Of a stretch of DNA of 64,000 nt, positions 1-10,288 are shown piece after piece; positions within the stretch are counted from its first letter, which is position 1, and every line of letters begins with the position of its first letter. Source of the DNA: a candidate division WOR-3 bacterium (lineage in GTDB: Bacteria; Hydrothermota; Hydrothermia; LBFQ01; DSFT01); contig JANXBH010000001.1 of the NCBI GenBank assembly GCA_025060695.1, positions 90,730 through 154,729 on the forward strand. The letters are read 5' to 3'. Below the pieces are notes generated by a model. It did no database searches. It had not been told where the DNA came from and saw only the letters and a list, made by a program, of their open reading frames with translations. The position numbers and the translations under genes are program-made.

Positions 1-266
1 ATTTTGATATGTTAGTACCATATGTTGGTGAAATAATTGGTGGAAGCCAAAGAGAGGAAGATATTGAAACACTAATTAGTAGAATAAGGGAAGAAAATTT
101 ACCAATGGAACTATATATCTGGTATTTAGAAACAAGGAAGTATGGAGGTGTTCCACACTCAGGATTTGGTTTAGGAGTTGAAAGAACAGTGCTTTGGATT
201 ACTAAAGCACAACACATTAGGGAAACTATACCATTTCCAAGATTACTTGAAAAAATTTATCCTTAA
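1..266 (+). CDS. asnS: Asparagine--tRNA ligase, C-terminal part (truncated by window edge)
   Basis: [10 protein letters not shown] and class II motif 3 [20 protein letters not shown]. Confidence 0.9.
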   Translation, partial: FDMLVPYVGEIIGGSQREEDIETLISRIREENLPMELYIWYLETRKYGGVPHSGFGLGVERTVLWITKAQHIRETIPFPRLLEKIYP

Positions 267-1210
267 TGAAATTAGTATTTCTAAACTCTGCTCCCTATTT
301 AGCAGGAAGCATTATATCGGACTTAAAACTTGCAAGACTATTATATAATAATGGGTTTGAAGTTGCTTTCTTCTCAAAAATAAAGCATATGATAAAAAAT
401 TTTGAAGACTTAAACATTTTAGATTTTAAGATTTTGGATATTTTTAAACATATCAAAAAATCACATGTAGTATTTCTTACAGAAAAAGAAGCAAGAAGAT
501 TAATTTTGCCAATAAGAATAGTAAATCCCAAAATAAAAATATTTTCAATAAGAAGAGCACTTCCGAAAAGCACTAAGATATCTTTATTAATTCAAAAGCT
601 ACTTAGCGATAAAATACTATGTGTAAGCAAAAGTGTAGCAAATTCTATAAATTCAAAGAAAACCTATGTAATATACGATTTTACAGAAAGTGTAAGTAAT
701 CCAAAAGAAAGTGTAAATAATGAAATAACATTTGGATATTTAGGAAGGAATGATTATGACAAAGGAACGGACATACTATTAAATAGTATAAAAATTAAGA
801 AGTTTAAGCTTATACTTGCAGGAAATTTTGAAAATTCAGAATTTTTAAAGTATGAAAATGTTAGCTACTTAGGATTTATTTACAATATAGAGGAATTTTT
901 TAGAAAGATAGATATACTTATACTACCATCAAGAAAAGATGCTTTTCCGAGAGTAATTCTTGAAGCGTTCTCCTTTGGTATTCCAGTAATAGCAAGTAAT
1001 GTTGGTGGTATTCCCGAGATTGTAAAGGAAAACTACAACGGTTTTATATTTGAAAGTGAGAATGTAAAAAATTTAATAGAAAAAATAGAAATGGTTGAAA
1101 ATAATCCAAGTATGATTTTGAACATGTCTAAAAACTGCATTAAAACTATAGAGGAAAACTTCCTTCCAAATCATATGCTAAAAAGAATATTACCTCTTTT
1201 ATCTTCATAG
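266..1210 (+). CDS. Glycosyltransferase family 4
   Basis: GYLGR..KG and PSRKDAFPRVILEAFSFGIPVIASNVGGIPE GT-B motifs. Confidence 0.9.
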   Translation: MKLVFLNSAPYLAGSIISDLKLARLLYNNGFEVAFFSKIKHMIKNFEDLNILDFKILDIFKHIKKSHVVFLTEKEARRLILPIRIVNPKIKIFSIRRALPKSTKISLLIQKLLSDKILCVSKSVANSINSKKTYVIYDFTESVSNPKESVNNEITFGYLGRNDYDKGTDILLNSIKIKKFKLILAGNFENSEFLKYENVSYLGFIYNIEEFFRKIDILILPSRKDAFPRVILEAFSFGIPVIASNVGGIPEIVKENYNGFIFESENVKNLIEKIEMVENNPSMILNMSKNCIKTIEENFLPNHMLKRILPLLSS

Positions 1211-1911
1211 TCAGTAAATAGCTTTATGTAAAATCTTATGATATTTGCATCTTTCGGAATATTAATCCTTTTAGCACTAAATAAATCATCTCCTACTTTA
1301 TATCTGCCCCTATCCAGTGTCCAAGCACTTTCGTAATTTGCTTTTTTTACATAACTAATTACTAAATCATTATATTTTCCATATGGATAACAAAAATGTC
1401 TGATTTTTACTTTGAACTTTCTTTCAAGTATAATTTTACTATTTAAAACTTCGTCCTCTATAGATTTTTCGTCTAAATCAGTTAGTATCGGATGGGTTCT
1501 TGTATGGCTTGCAATTTCCATACCACTATCTAACCATACTTTAATTTGGTCTTCATCCATAAGTGGCTTTATCATGTTAGCTTCCTTATAGTACCACTTA
1601 TTGTAACTTCCAATTAAATCACTAACTACAAATAAGGTTGCACTAAATCCGAATTTTTTCAATATAGGAAGTGCATTTTTAAAATTATCTACATATCCAT
1701 CATCAAAAGTAAGAATAACTACTTTTCCTACTTTCTTTCCAGTAATATATTCCCAACCATCTGAAATAGAAAGTCCTTTATATCCCAAAAATTTTAATAG
1801 TTTCATTTGAAGATAAAAATTTAATGTAGTTGTATGTAAACTTCTTTTTTTTACGTTAAAATAAGGTGCCCTGCTAATATTATGATAGCACAAAACTGGT
1901 ATTTTATTCAT
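1171..1911 (-). CDS. Polysaccharide deacetylase (CE4/NodB)
   Basis: LCYHNI, TFDDGY, SHTRTH, FCYPYG motifs. Confidence 0.9.
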   Translation of the reverse strand: MNKIPVLCYHNISRAPYFNVKKRSLHTTTLNFYLQMKLLKFLGYKGLSISDGWEYITGKKVGKVVILTFDDGYVDNFKNALPILKKFGFSATLFVVSDLIGSYNKWYYKEANMIKPLMDEDQIKVWLDSGMEIASHTRTHPILTDLDEKSIEDEVLNSKIILERKFKVKIRHFCYPYGKYNDLVISYVKKANYESAWTLDRGRYKVGDDLFSAKRINIPKDANIIRFYIKLFTDYEDKRGNILFSI

Positions 1912-2335
1912 CCTTGTTTAAGTAGTATCTATATGCACTTTTTCCGTTTGAGTAGAATTTTTTTATTTCCTCAACCTTTCTAAAGCCAATGTTTTCATAG
2001 AACTTAATTGCAACTATATTATCATCCACAACTTCAAGATATATATCCTTTTTCAACTTTCTTACTTTATCTATAAGAAGACTTCCAATTCCTCTTCTTC
2101 TATGATTTGGATGAACAGCTATATTCTTAATATGAATAGAATTTCCTTCATCAGTATATGCACAATAACCTAAAATCTCACCATTTTTCTCTACTAATAT
2201 TATTCTGTTATAAGCATTTTCAATGAACTTCATGAAAAAATATAACCCCCACTTACCAAAGTTAAACGATAGTTCCTCTATTTTTGAAACTTCTATTAAA
2301 TCTTCTTTTTCAGCCTCTCTTATTGTATAGTGCAT
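1904..2335 (-). CDS. rimI: RimI-like GNAT N-acetyltransferase
   Basis: NIAVHPNHRRRGIG, LEV..N..AIKFY; follows tsaB; start moved to ATG 2335 (MHYTIREAE). Confidence 0.8.
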   Translation of the reverse strand: MHYTIREAEKEDLIEVSKIEELSFNFGKWGLYFFMKFIENAYNRIILVEKNGEILGYCAYTDEGNSIHIKNIAVHPNHRRRGIGSLLIDKVRKLKKDIYLEVVDDNIVAIKFYENIGFRKVEEIKKFYSNGKSAYRYYLNKDE

Positions 2336-2876
2336 CAGGTTCTCTAATGTAGTTAGGTTCAAAAGTTTCAATATCTACATAATTTTCAAATTTAGAAAGC
2401 CTTATTAAATTAGATGCGGTTGGATAATTCTCTAAAATTATAAAATTAGGAAAATCCATTTTTAGTTCCTCTAGGCTATATATTCCTTCTTCTAACACTA
2501 TATTGAAGTTTTCATCAAAAGCACAAGCATAAACTTTATTCTTTGGTGCTTTTAAAATAGGAATTACTCTATAGCCTTTGATGTTATATGCTATGTTTTT
2601 TAAAGAGCTTACTGCTTTAAATTTTACGTCATTGTATACAATTTTAAAAGCCTTTGAAAAGGCGGTAGAAATTCTTAAAGATGTAAAAAATCCGGGTCCT
2701 CTTGATATCACAACTTCTTCTATTTTTGAAAAATCTACCTCAAGCATAGAAAGAATTTTATTTAAATTCTCTGTATGAGAAAATTCAATAAATAAATTAT
2801 ACTCCCACATTACATTGTCATTCTCTCCAATAGCAATAGATAGAAATTCGGTAGATGTTTCTATTGCTAAAATCAT
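2310..2876 (-). CDS. tsaB: tRNA threonylcarbamoyladenosine biosynthesis protein TsaB
   Basis: MILAIETST, GPGFFTSLRI, EPNYIR. Confidence 0.9.
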   Translation of the reverse strand: MILAIETSTEFLSIAIGENDNVMWEYNLFIEFSHTENLNKILSMLEVDFSKIEEVVISRGPGFFTSLRISTAFSKAFKIVYNDVKFKAVSSLKNIAYNIKGYRVIPILKAPKNKVYACAFDENFNIVLEEGIYSLEELKMDFPNFIILENYPTASNLIRLSKFENYVDIETFEPNYIREPDALYNKRG

Positions 2877-4099
2877 AAATTCTCAAACGCTTGTTTTAAA
2901 TCATTTATTAAATCGTCTACATTCTCTATTCCAATTGAAAGTCTTATCATACTATCACTAATTCCAATTTTTAATTTTTCTTCATTTTCTATATCTGAAT
3001 GCGTCATAGAATACGGATGTTCCGCTAATGATTCAGTTCCTCCAAGACTTACCGCAAGTTTAAATACTTTCAAATTATTTAAAAATTTAAAAGCTACTTT
3101 CTCATCACCATCTATATCAAATGAAATCATAGCACCAGGTCCAAGACACTGCTTTTTATATATTTCATATTGCTCACCTTCTAAAAGACCCAAATAGTAA
3201 ACTTTTCTTACTTTTGGATGATTTTTTAAAAAGTTTGCAATTTTTATAGCATTTTGTGTTTGTTTTTCAAATCTAATTTTTAGTGTTTCTAAACTCCTTA
3301 GAATAAGCCACGCATTTATCGGATCAGTTATAGTTCCAAGAAATGTCCTCGTTGTTTTTATTTGATTTATATACTTTGAATATCCAACTACCGCACCTGC
3401 TACGACATCACTATGTCCTGAAATATACTTAGTAGCAGAATATACTACTAAATCCGCTCCAAATCTTAATGGCTTTTGATATATTGGTCCAAGAAAAGTA
3501 TTGTCTACAATTAGAATTGCTCCTATTTCTTTTGATATTTTTGAAAATTTCTCCATATCTATAACCTCAAGCGTTGGATTTGCAGGCGTTTCAATATATA
3601 TAATCTTCGGCTTTTCTATCTTTATTCTTTCAAATATATTTTTATCGCTTATGTAGAATTTTATAACCTCTATGTCAAAATCTTTCAAAAAATGTTCAAA
3701 AAAATAGTAAGTACCACCGTATAGAGGAAAAGAATAAAAAATCTTATCTTTTGGCTTTAGAAATGTTAAAATAGTGGTAGATATAGCAGACATTCCACTA
3801 GAAAATACAGCGCTATCTTCCGCTTCATCGTAAAGAGTTAATCTATCCTCAAGTATTTCTATATTTGGATTATTCAATCTACTATATATAAGACCAATAC
3901 TTTCAGTAGGCTCTTTTTCTCTTAATCCATATGCAATTTCAAAGAACTTCTTTCCTTCTTCAGCACTTTTAAAGATAAATGTAGAAGTTTGATATATTGG
4001 TGGCTTCAGTGCATATTCTGACCATGCAGGGACATAACCATAACTTAAAATAAGCGTTTCAGGTTTTAAATTATTTTTCTTTTTATAATCTATACCCAT
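2873..4099 (-). CDS. Cys/Met metabolism PLP enzyme (cystathionine gamma-synthase / methionine gamma-lyase family)
   Basis: YSRLNNP, ETPANPT, DNTF, SATKYISGHSD, AVSLGGTESL. Confidence 0.9.
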   Translation of the reverse strand: MGIDYKKKNNLKPETLILSYGYVPAWSEYALKPPIYQTSTFIFKSAEEGKKFFEIAYGLREKEPTESIGLIYSRLNNPNIEILEDRLTLYDEAEDSAVFSSGMSAISTTILTFLKPKDKIFYSFPLYGGTYYFFEHFLKDFDIEVIKFYISDKNIFERIKIEKPKIIYIETPANPTLEVIDMEKFSKISKEIGAILIVDNTFLGPIYQKPLRFGADLVVYSATKYISGHSDVVAGAVVGYSKYINQIKTTRTFLGTITDPINAWLILRSLETLKIRFEKQTQNAIKIANFLKNHPKVRKVYYLGLLEGEQYEIYKKQCLGPGAMISFDIDGDEKVAFKFLNNLKVFKLAVSLGGTESLAEHPYSMTHSDIENEEKLKIGISDSMIRLSIGIENVDDLINDLKQAFENL

Positions 4100-4107
4100 G
4101 GTCTTAA

Positions 4108-4131
4108 ATTTTAAAGTTTGTACCTTAAAAT
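4108..4131. promoter_or_regulatory. Divergent pair of CTT-TAAAAT-TT -10 boxes
   Basis: Minus box 4108-4113 is 8 nt from ATG 4099; plus box 4126-4131 is 9 nt from TTG 4141. Confidence 0.75.
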
Positions 4132-4140
4132 TTATTGAAT

Positions 4141-4614
4141 TTGGAAAGAAAAAGGTTAGATATTAATATTTACTCACTCGCTGAGATAATAAAAAATAGT
4201 GAAGAACACATTTTAGATTTAGAAACTGGTAGATTATTCAAAATTGATGAAAATATCTTAGATGCTATTGAAAGTGACTATTACGATGACTTAAGTGTAA
4301 ATGAGTTGGAAGTAGTGGAAATTTTAAAAGAGGTTTATAATGGTTCTAAGAGGTTTGTTCAAGTTCCAAAAATTTCAGAGGGAGACATAATAAATATCAT
4401 TATGGAAATTAGAGAAAATTTGGATGATATGGATGAATTAAAAGAAAAACTTCTTGAAATTGCATCATCTGAAAAAGTGTATAGAAAAATTAGATATTTG
4501 ATAGATAAAAATGAGGAATTTGAAAAAATATGGAATTATTATCTTTGGTTGTATACAGTAAAAAAGGCAAAGGCTTGGCTTTTATCTCTTGGATTTGAAA
4601 TTAACCAACCATAA
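4141..4614 (+). CDS. UPF0158-like hypothetical protein
   Basis: LDLETG motif, acidic, W..Y...AKAWL C-terminus; TTG 4141 chosen from -10 spacing (track start 4135). Confidence 0.6.
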   Translation: MERKRLDINIYSLAEIIKNSEEHILDLETGRLFKIDENILDAIESDYYDDLSVNELEVVEILKEVYNGSKRFVQVPKISEGDIINIIMEIRENLDDMDELKEKLLEIASSEKVYRKIRYLIDKNEEFEKIWNYYLWLYTVKKAKAWLLSLGFEINQP

Positions 4615-5274
4615 ATAAAGACCAGATAGCGTCATATGAGGTTCATATTTATAGTCCTTAAAGAACTTTAAAAATAAATTCGCATTTCCACCAGTTATAA
4701 ACTTATGCTTTACATTGAATTCTTTTTCCAATTTTAAAATTAGAGATTTATAGCTATTTAACAAACCAAGTAGTATAGCCTCTTCTGTTGAGTTAGCTAT
4801 TGGTTTTTCCTGAATATCAAAACATGTATTTTCTAAATTTGGTAAAAGCGAAGTACTTTCATGTAAGCATTTTAAATAGTTTTTATAACCAAGTAATATA
4901 AAACCACCTTTAAATTCGCTATCTACTATATCTATTACTGTTGCTGTCCCAAAGTCTACCACTATAGAAATTTCCCCTAACTTGTATGAAATGTAATGTG
5001 CCTTTGCTATTCTATCGCTACCAAGTGTTTTTGAATAGTTCAACTTGACTAAACTACTTTCATAATTAAGTTCATACAAACTCTTATTTTTTAGTACTTC
5101 ACTTAAGTTTATTTCTTTTAAAACACTACAATATGCAATTTCTTCTATTTCATGAAAAAATTCCTGAATTTTTGATATTTCTACTAAACTAAATGTATTA
5201 AATTTTATTAAATCACCACTACTTACTATACCGCACTTAATTAAACTATTTCCAATATCTACTAAACCGACTAT
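4582..5274 (-). CDS. coaX: Type III pantothenate kinase (ATA start)
   Basis: LGSDR, VDFGTAT, TGG motifs; the frame stays open 65 codons upstream of the track start to ATA-GTC-GGT-TTA-GTA-GAT-ATT-GGA-AAT-AGT (VGLVDIGNS, the conserved N-terminal motif). Confidence 0.9.
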   Translation of the reverse strand: MVGLVDIGNSLIKCGIVSSGDLIKFNTFSLVEISKIQEFFHEIEEIAYCSVLKEINLSEVLKNKSLYELNYESSLVKLNYSKTLGSDRIAKAHYISYKLGEISIVVDFGTATVIDIVDSEFKGGFILLGYKNYLKCLHESTSLLPNLENTCFDIQEKPIANSTEEAILLGLLNSYKSLILKLEKEFNVKHKFITGGNANLFLKFFKDYKYEPHMTLSGLYLWLVNFKSKR

Positions 5275-5282
5275 TGACCTAA

Positions 5283-5311
5283 ATTTTAAAGCAACATAAC
5301 TGCTTTAAAAT
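5283..5311. promoter_or_regulatory. Divergent pair of -10 boxes
   Basis: Minus box 5283-5288 is 8 nt from ATA 5274; plus box 5306-5311 is 9 nt from ATG 5321. Confidence 0.75.
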
Positions 5312-5320
5312 TTTTACTTC

Positions 5321-6871
5321 ATGGAAGAGTTAAAGAAAGTGTGGAAAGATTTAGTAAATAAAAAAATAGAGCTTATAAATTATAATGAATTTGAAAAGAT
5401 GTATGGTGCAAGCATGCTTGAGATGGTAGCTAGTCCAAATCCTTATTTTTCTATAAGGGAAAATGTTATAAGGGTAAATAGTTGGGCAAAGAGATTTACA
5501 AATTTTGAAAGTGGGAAAAAAGATGAGGAGCTTGCACTAATTTTATCTGACTATATAAGAAATGGCTATAAAACAGAATATTTAGATATAATTGAAGAGA
5601 TAAAAAGTGAAGGTACAGATGACCAAAGGATATATAAAACACTTGGTAGAAAAGGTTATTTATACTACAAAGAATTGCCTTTTTTTTATAGGGAAGAACC
5701 ATGTAATCCTATAATAGTAGAGGATAACTATAAGAGAGTTGATTTAAGAAACTTATATACATTCTCTGTTGATGAGGAGGGAACGATAGAAGTAGATGAT
5801 GCAATTAGCATAAACGGAAATAAGGTATATATCCACGTAGCAGACGTTGCATCATCAATAAAATTATACAAAAACCTATCATTACTTGAAAAAGTAATGA
5901 GCTTGTACTTGCCTGAAGAAAATTTTTACTTATTTTCAAATAAGGTGATTGAGAGTTTTTCTCTATATAAAGGTGATAAAAAAGCATTAACTTTAGTTAT
6001 GGAATTTGATGAAAACTTAAATCTAAAAAGCTACAATTTTATAAGAACGATTATCAGCGTAAAAGATAGATTTGACTATAAAACCTTTGAAAAAGTTTTA
6101 TCTATAGAGCCATTTAAAAAACTTCTAACAATTTCAAGAAAATTTCAACTGATAAGATTAAATAATGGTGGCTATAACATAAATTTACCTATGAAAAAAT
6201 TCAAAATAGAGGACGATAGTATACACTACGAGCTTATAAATTTAAATTCAAAAAGTTATACTACAATTTCAGAACTTATGATACTTTATAACTACTTGGC
6301 TTCCAAACTACTAAGAAGACTGGAATTTTCTGCAGTATATAGAAATTATGAGGATAAAGGTCAAATCCAATTAGATGAGAATGATCCCTTATATTACTAT
6401 AAAATTATGAATTTATTCAAACCAACTGTTCTATCTTCTCAACCTAAAGCTCATACTATTATGGGTTTAGATGTATATGCACAATTTACTTCACCTTTAA
6501 GAAGAATTTACGATATCATAAATCAAGAGCAACTACATAGAGCATTAGATAACCAAGAACCAGTTTATCATGCAGAGAAAATAGAAGAGTTTATAAAAGT
6601 TGCAGTTAGAATTGAAAAGAGGAAGAAAAATATACAAAGAGATAGGCTAAACTTTTGGACTTATGTCTATTTGAAAAAATACCATAGTGAAAGAATTATA
6701 AGCGGAGTTGTTTCACAAGCAAATAATAAATGGTCGGAAATTTTCTTCCCAAAGTTTCTTATAACTGAAAAGGTATATTACAAAGGTCTTGAAGTTGGCA
6801 AAAAAATAAATTGTTTAATAAAAAATGTAGATCCATTCGGAAATAAAATGGAGATTTTCATAGTAAAATGA
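5321..6871 (+). CDS. RNB-domain exoribonuclease (RNase II/R family)
   Basis: SVDEEGTIEVDDAIS, HVADVA, YAQFTSPLRRIYD. Confidence 0.9.
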   Translation: MEELKKVWKDLVNKKIELINYNEFEKMYGASMLEMVASPNPYFSIRENVIRVNSWAKRFTNFESGKKDEELALILSDYIRNGYKTEYLDIIEEIKSEGTDDQRIYKTLGRKGYLYYKELPFFYREEPCNPIIVEDNYKRVDLRNLYTFSVDEEGTIEVDDAISINGNKVYIHVADVASSIKLYKNLSLLEKVMSLYLPEENFYLFSNKVIESFSLYKGDKKALTLVMEFDENLNLKSYNFIRTIISVKDRFDYKTFEKVLSIEPFKKLLTISRKFQLIRLNNGGYNINLPMKKFKIEDDSIHYELINLNSKSYTTISELMILYNYLASKLLRRLEFSAVYRNYEDKGQIQLDENDPLYYYKIMNLFKPTVLSSQPKAHTIMGLDVYAQFTSPLRRIYDIINQEQLHRALDNQEPVYHAEKIEEFIKVAVRIEKRKKNIQRDRLNFWTYVYLKKYHSERIISGVVSQANNKWSEIFFPKFLITEKVYYKGLEVGKKINCLIKNVDPFGNKMEIFIVK

Positions 6872-7644
6872 AAGCCCTTGTGCTTTCAGGTGGAGGTTCA
6901 AAAGGTCTTGCTCATATCGGTGTGATAAAAGCAATTGAGGAGAAGAAAATTGAATTAGATTTTATTGTAGGATGTTCAATGGGAGCTTTAGTAGGAAGTT
7001 TGTATGGACTTGGATATTCTTCACATGCTATGACTTCTATTGCAAGACTTATTATTTCAAAAAAGTTGCTAAATTTTAAGTTTTCATTGAGTGAGTTTTT
7101 TGATTCAAAGAAAATAGATAGTTTATTAGATGAAATATTTCAAGAAACCACATTTAGAGAGCTTAAAATTCCTGTTTATATAACTGCTGTGGACTTACTA
7201 AATTACAACTATATTGTTTTTAATGATGGATTGCTAAAGAATGCAATAAGAGCGTCTATTTCATTGCCTGTTATTTTTAAGCCTGTAATGATAAATGGCA
7301 GGGTCCTAATAGATGGTGGAATTATTGAAATACTTCCTCTAAGTGTTGCGAGGAAATTAGGAGCAAACTATATCATTGCTGTAAACGTTGTAGGTTCATT
7401 ATCAGAAGATATATACTTTGAAGATAGTAGCAATGTAAAAAGTATAGATTATGGACTTATTAGAACTGCTCTAAGTTCTATATATATTTTACAAAGGTCT
7501 CAAATTCAAAAGACTATAGAATCATTTAAGCCAGAGGTACTTATAAATGTAGATACAAGTGGTATTAGTCCTATAGACTTTAACCTTAATTTAGAAGATA
7601 TTATAAGTAGAGGCTATGAAAGTGCAAAGAATGCTTTAAAATGA
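6868..7644 (+). CDS. Patatin-like phospholipase
   Basis: LSGGGSKG, GCSMG, DGG. Confidence 0.92.
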   Translation: MKALVLSGGGSKGLAHIGVIKAIEEKKIELDFIVGCSMGALVGSLYGLGYSSHAMTSIARLIISKKLLNFKFSLSEFFDSKKIDSLLDEIFQETTFRELKIPVYITAVDLLNYNYIVFNDGLLKNAIRASISLPVIFKPVMINGRVLIDGGIIEILPLSVARKLGANYIIAVNVVGSLSEDIYFEDSSNVKSIDYGLIRTALSSIYILQRSQIQKTIESFKPEVLINVDTSGISPIDFNLNLEDIISRGYESAKNALK

Positions 7645-8006
7645 ATATAGGTATAGATATAGTTGAAGTTAAAAGAATTGAGAATTTATATAGAAAATTT
7701 GGTGAAAAGTTTTTACATCGCATCTTTACAGATGAAGAAATAAATTATTGTTTTTCAAGGAAAAATAGTTTCCATAGTTTTGCAGGTAGATTTGCTATAA
7801 AAGAGGCTGTTCTTAAGGCTCTTGGAATTGGTATGACATCTGGATTTTCATTTAAAGATATTGAAGTTGTAAATTTAGAAAAAGGAAAACCAGTGGTAAT
7901 ACTAAATGGTAAGCTAAAAGAAATGCTTGGAAATAGAAAAATAGAAATATCTATAAGTCATTCAGATAACTATGCAATAGGTGTATGTATAATTCACAAC
8001 CTTTAA
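7641..8006 (+). CDS. acpS: Holo-ACP synthase
   Basis: GIDIVE, AGRFAIKEA, SISHS. Confidence 0.95.
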   Translation: MNIGIDIVEVKRIENLYRKFGEKFLHRIFTDEEINYCFSRKNSFHSFAGRFAIKEAVLKALGIGMTSGFSFKDIEVVNLEKGKPVVILNGKLKEMLGNRKIEISISHSDNYAIGVCIIHNL

Positions 8007-8009
8007 AAT
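8004..8009 (+). promoter_or_regulatory. -10 box overlapping the acpS stop codon
   Basis: CTT-TAAAAT, 6 nt before ATG 8016. Confidence 0.65.
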
Positions 8010-8015
8010 ATAAGC

Positions 8016-9749
8016 ATGCTTCAGATTACTTTCGGACTTTTTGTTGATATTCCAAAAACGAAGTTCTTTGGCATAGGTGCTTACATAAATCCGCAGTTTC
8101 AAAATAGAACTATTGGGTATTGGGAAGTATCCTATACCCCATTTACAATGGGTCTTGTAGGCTTTACAACTGGAACTCAAATACTATTCGGTAATATCTA
8201 TGCATCCGAAATTTCTTCCTCCGATACACAATTATATTACCTACCAGGATTTCAAGTTTTCATTGGACCTGCAATTGGTAAGAAGTTTTTTTATATAGCT
8301 CCAACTTTAAGTATTACTTATTTTAATCCAAGGTCTATAAAAGTAATAAAGCCAACTTTTGGTGATACATTGAATTATGGACCAACACTTTCATCTTCAG
8401 TAGGTGTAAAAATTGGACTATTATATAAAGAACACTTTTCACTTATTACTGCATATTTTGGTTATGGACAGTACGTAATAAAGAGATACAATAATAATAA
8501 TTGGATAAGAAATCAAGATAGCTTATTAAGGAATTTTTATTTTTCTATAGCAATAAATCCTTTATTTTTCACAAGTACTTATCCATTTAGAGAGTGGGAT
8601 GAGGAAACATATACAAGATATTATCATGGAGATATAGTAGAAAAGGCAGAAGAAAGAAATTTCGTACTATTTTCAATATATACTCAAAGGATGTTTGAAG
8701 AAAAATCACACTTTGACTACATTTACGAATTGGGACTATATAGATACTTTCCTTTAAGAAAATATGGCAATGAGTTTACACTTGGTTTAAGAAGAACAAC
8801 TTATAATCCACTAAATCCTACATATAACCTTCCAACCTTTATATATTTTAAATTTAGACCATATTTCGGGACAAAAAATTACGATATTGGTCCTTATTTT
8901 TCGTTTGGTTATGCGACTGATGGAAAATTTTTAAGAGGAGGAGGTTATGACTTTGGTCTTGCAATAAGATGGCAGATATTTTATCTTGATGTAGGTATGA
9001 CAAAAGCATACTCAGGATTATTCTACGACCCTATGAAAACCTACATTTTAAGAAGCAAACCCGATACCAACTTATTTAGCGAATATAGAATATATCCCTC
9101 TAAACTATTACTAAAAGTTTCATTTGGTTTAAGAATTTTATATAACCATAGCGATTACGTTATAGCACCATTTATATTTAATCCTGCGAGTGAAAGGACA
9201 TTTTTACTATGGACATTGAGTTTAGGAACTAATTTTCAAGCAAGTAATGAACTAAAGATTGTTCCATTTGATTTTATATTCTTTAAATACATGAAAAATA
9301 AACCGATTGGTTTCGGAATAGGTATGGATTTTGAAAATATTACATTTAGTTTAAGAAGAGATACGACCTTACCTAAAGATATAAAAGAAGCAGTAAAAGA
9401 GTCAAGACTTTCATTTAAACTTGGTCCTTCACTTGGGGGAAGGGTAGCTTCAATTATGCCATATGGATTTGTAGGCACTGCATTTTATCCAAGAGATTTA
9501 ATATACGGCGGTGGCGTAAAAGTAGGTTTCGGTTCTTGGGGTAAAGCTTGGAATATGCCATTCTATGTTTTATCAGTTGATTTAAGATATGCAAACGATT
9601 ACTACTTTAATGGTTCAGAATATGTCCAAAATTTTGGATTTAGTCTAAAATTTGGTTTGAGTTATCATATTCCTATATGGATATTTACAAAGAAAACAGA
9701 AAGCGATATATACAAACCTGTAAAACCTGACTATATAAGAGGATATTGA
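8016..9749 (+). CDS. Hypothetical outer-membrane beta-barrel-like protein
   Basis: 577 aa, rich in G/F/Y with alternating amphipathic strands; no family recognised. Confidence 0.55.
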   Translation: MLQITFGLFVDIPKTKFFGIGAYINPQFQNRTIGYWEVSYTPFTMGLVGFTTGTQILFGNIYASEISSSDTQLYYLPGFQVFIGPAIGKKFFYIAPTLSITYFNPRSIKVIKPTFGDTLNYGPTLSSSVGVKIGLLYKEHFSLITAYFGYGQYVIKRYNNNNWIRNQDSLLRNFYFSIAINPLFFTSTYPFREWDEETYTRYYHGDIVEKAEERNFVLFSIYTQRMFEEKSHFDYIYELGLYRYFPLRKYGNEFTLGLRRTTYNPLNPTYNLPTFIYFKFRPYFGTKNYDIGPYFSFGYATDGKFLRGGGYDFGLAIRWQIFYLDVGMTKAYSGLFYDPMKTYILRSKPDTNLFSEYRIYPSKLLLKVSFGLRILYNHSDYVIAPFIFNPASERTFLLWTLSLGTNFQASNELKIVPFDFIFFKYMKNKPIGFGIGMDFENITFSLRRDTTLPKDIKEAVKESRLSFKLGPSLGGRVASIMPYGFVGTAFYPRDLIYGGGVKVGFGSWGKAWNMPFYVLSVDLRYANDYYFNGSEYVQNFGFSLKFGLSYHIPIWIFTKKTESDIYKPVKPDYIRGY

Positions 9750-10288
9750 TATTTTTACCTGATATCCTTACAACGATTAGATTTATAATAACTTTTTTTG
9801 TGTTTTTTTCTATTGGAAAAAATAATTTACTTACATTGTTCTTATTATTTATTGCATTTATTACAGATATACTTGATGGACACATTGCGAGGAAATTGGG
9901 TATTCAAAATAGGGAGTTCGGTAAGGCATACGACCACTTAGTTGATAAACTTTTAGTTTTTGTAGTTATCTACGGACTTGTTTTATATAAGAATTTACCA
10001 AATTGGGCATTAATATTTTTCCTGATGAGAGAATTTCTTTTAATTATTGGTGTCATATTTCTATGGTTTTATAAAATGAAAATTCAAGGCTCTAATATTT
10101 TAGGTAAAATTTCAGGAGTGGTTTTTTATTTAATGGTAATTAGTTATCTTTTTAATTTAGATATTAGCTTCACAATGCTAATTATTTCAATTGTTTTTTC
10201 ATTACTTGCATTTTTAATCTACGCTATAAGAGGTATATCAGAATTTTATAAATATGTTGTTTCTAATAGCTCTAAAGTTAGATATTGA
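9746..10288 (+). CDS. CDP-alcohol phosphatidyltransferase (PgsA-like)
   Basis: TDILDGHIAR..G...D..VDK motif. Confidence 0.88.
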   Translation: MIFLPDILTTIRFIITFFVFFSIGKNNLLTLFLLFIAFITDILDGHIARKLGIQNREFGKAYDHLVDKLLVFVVIYGLVLYKNLPNWALIFFLMREFLLIIGVIFLWFYKMKIQGSNILGKISGVVFYLMVISYLFNLDISFTMLIISIVFSLLAFLIYAIRGISEFYKYVVSNSSKVRY

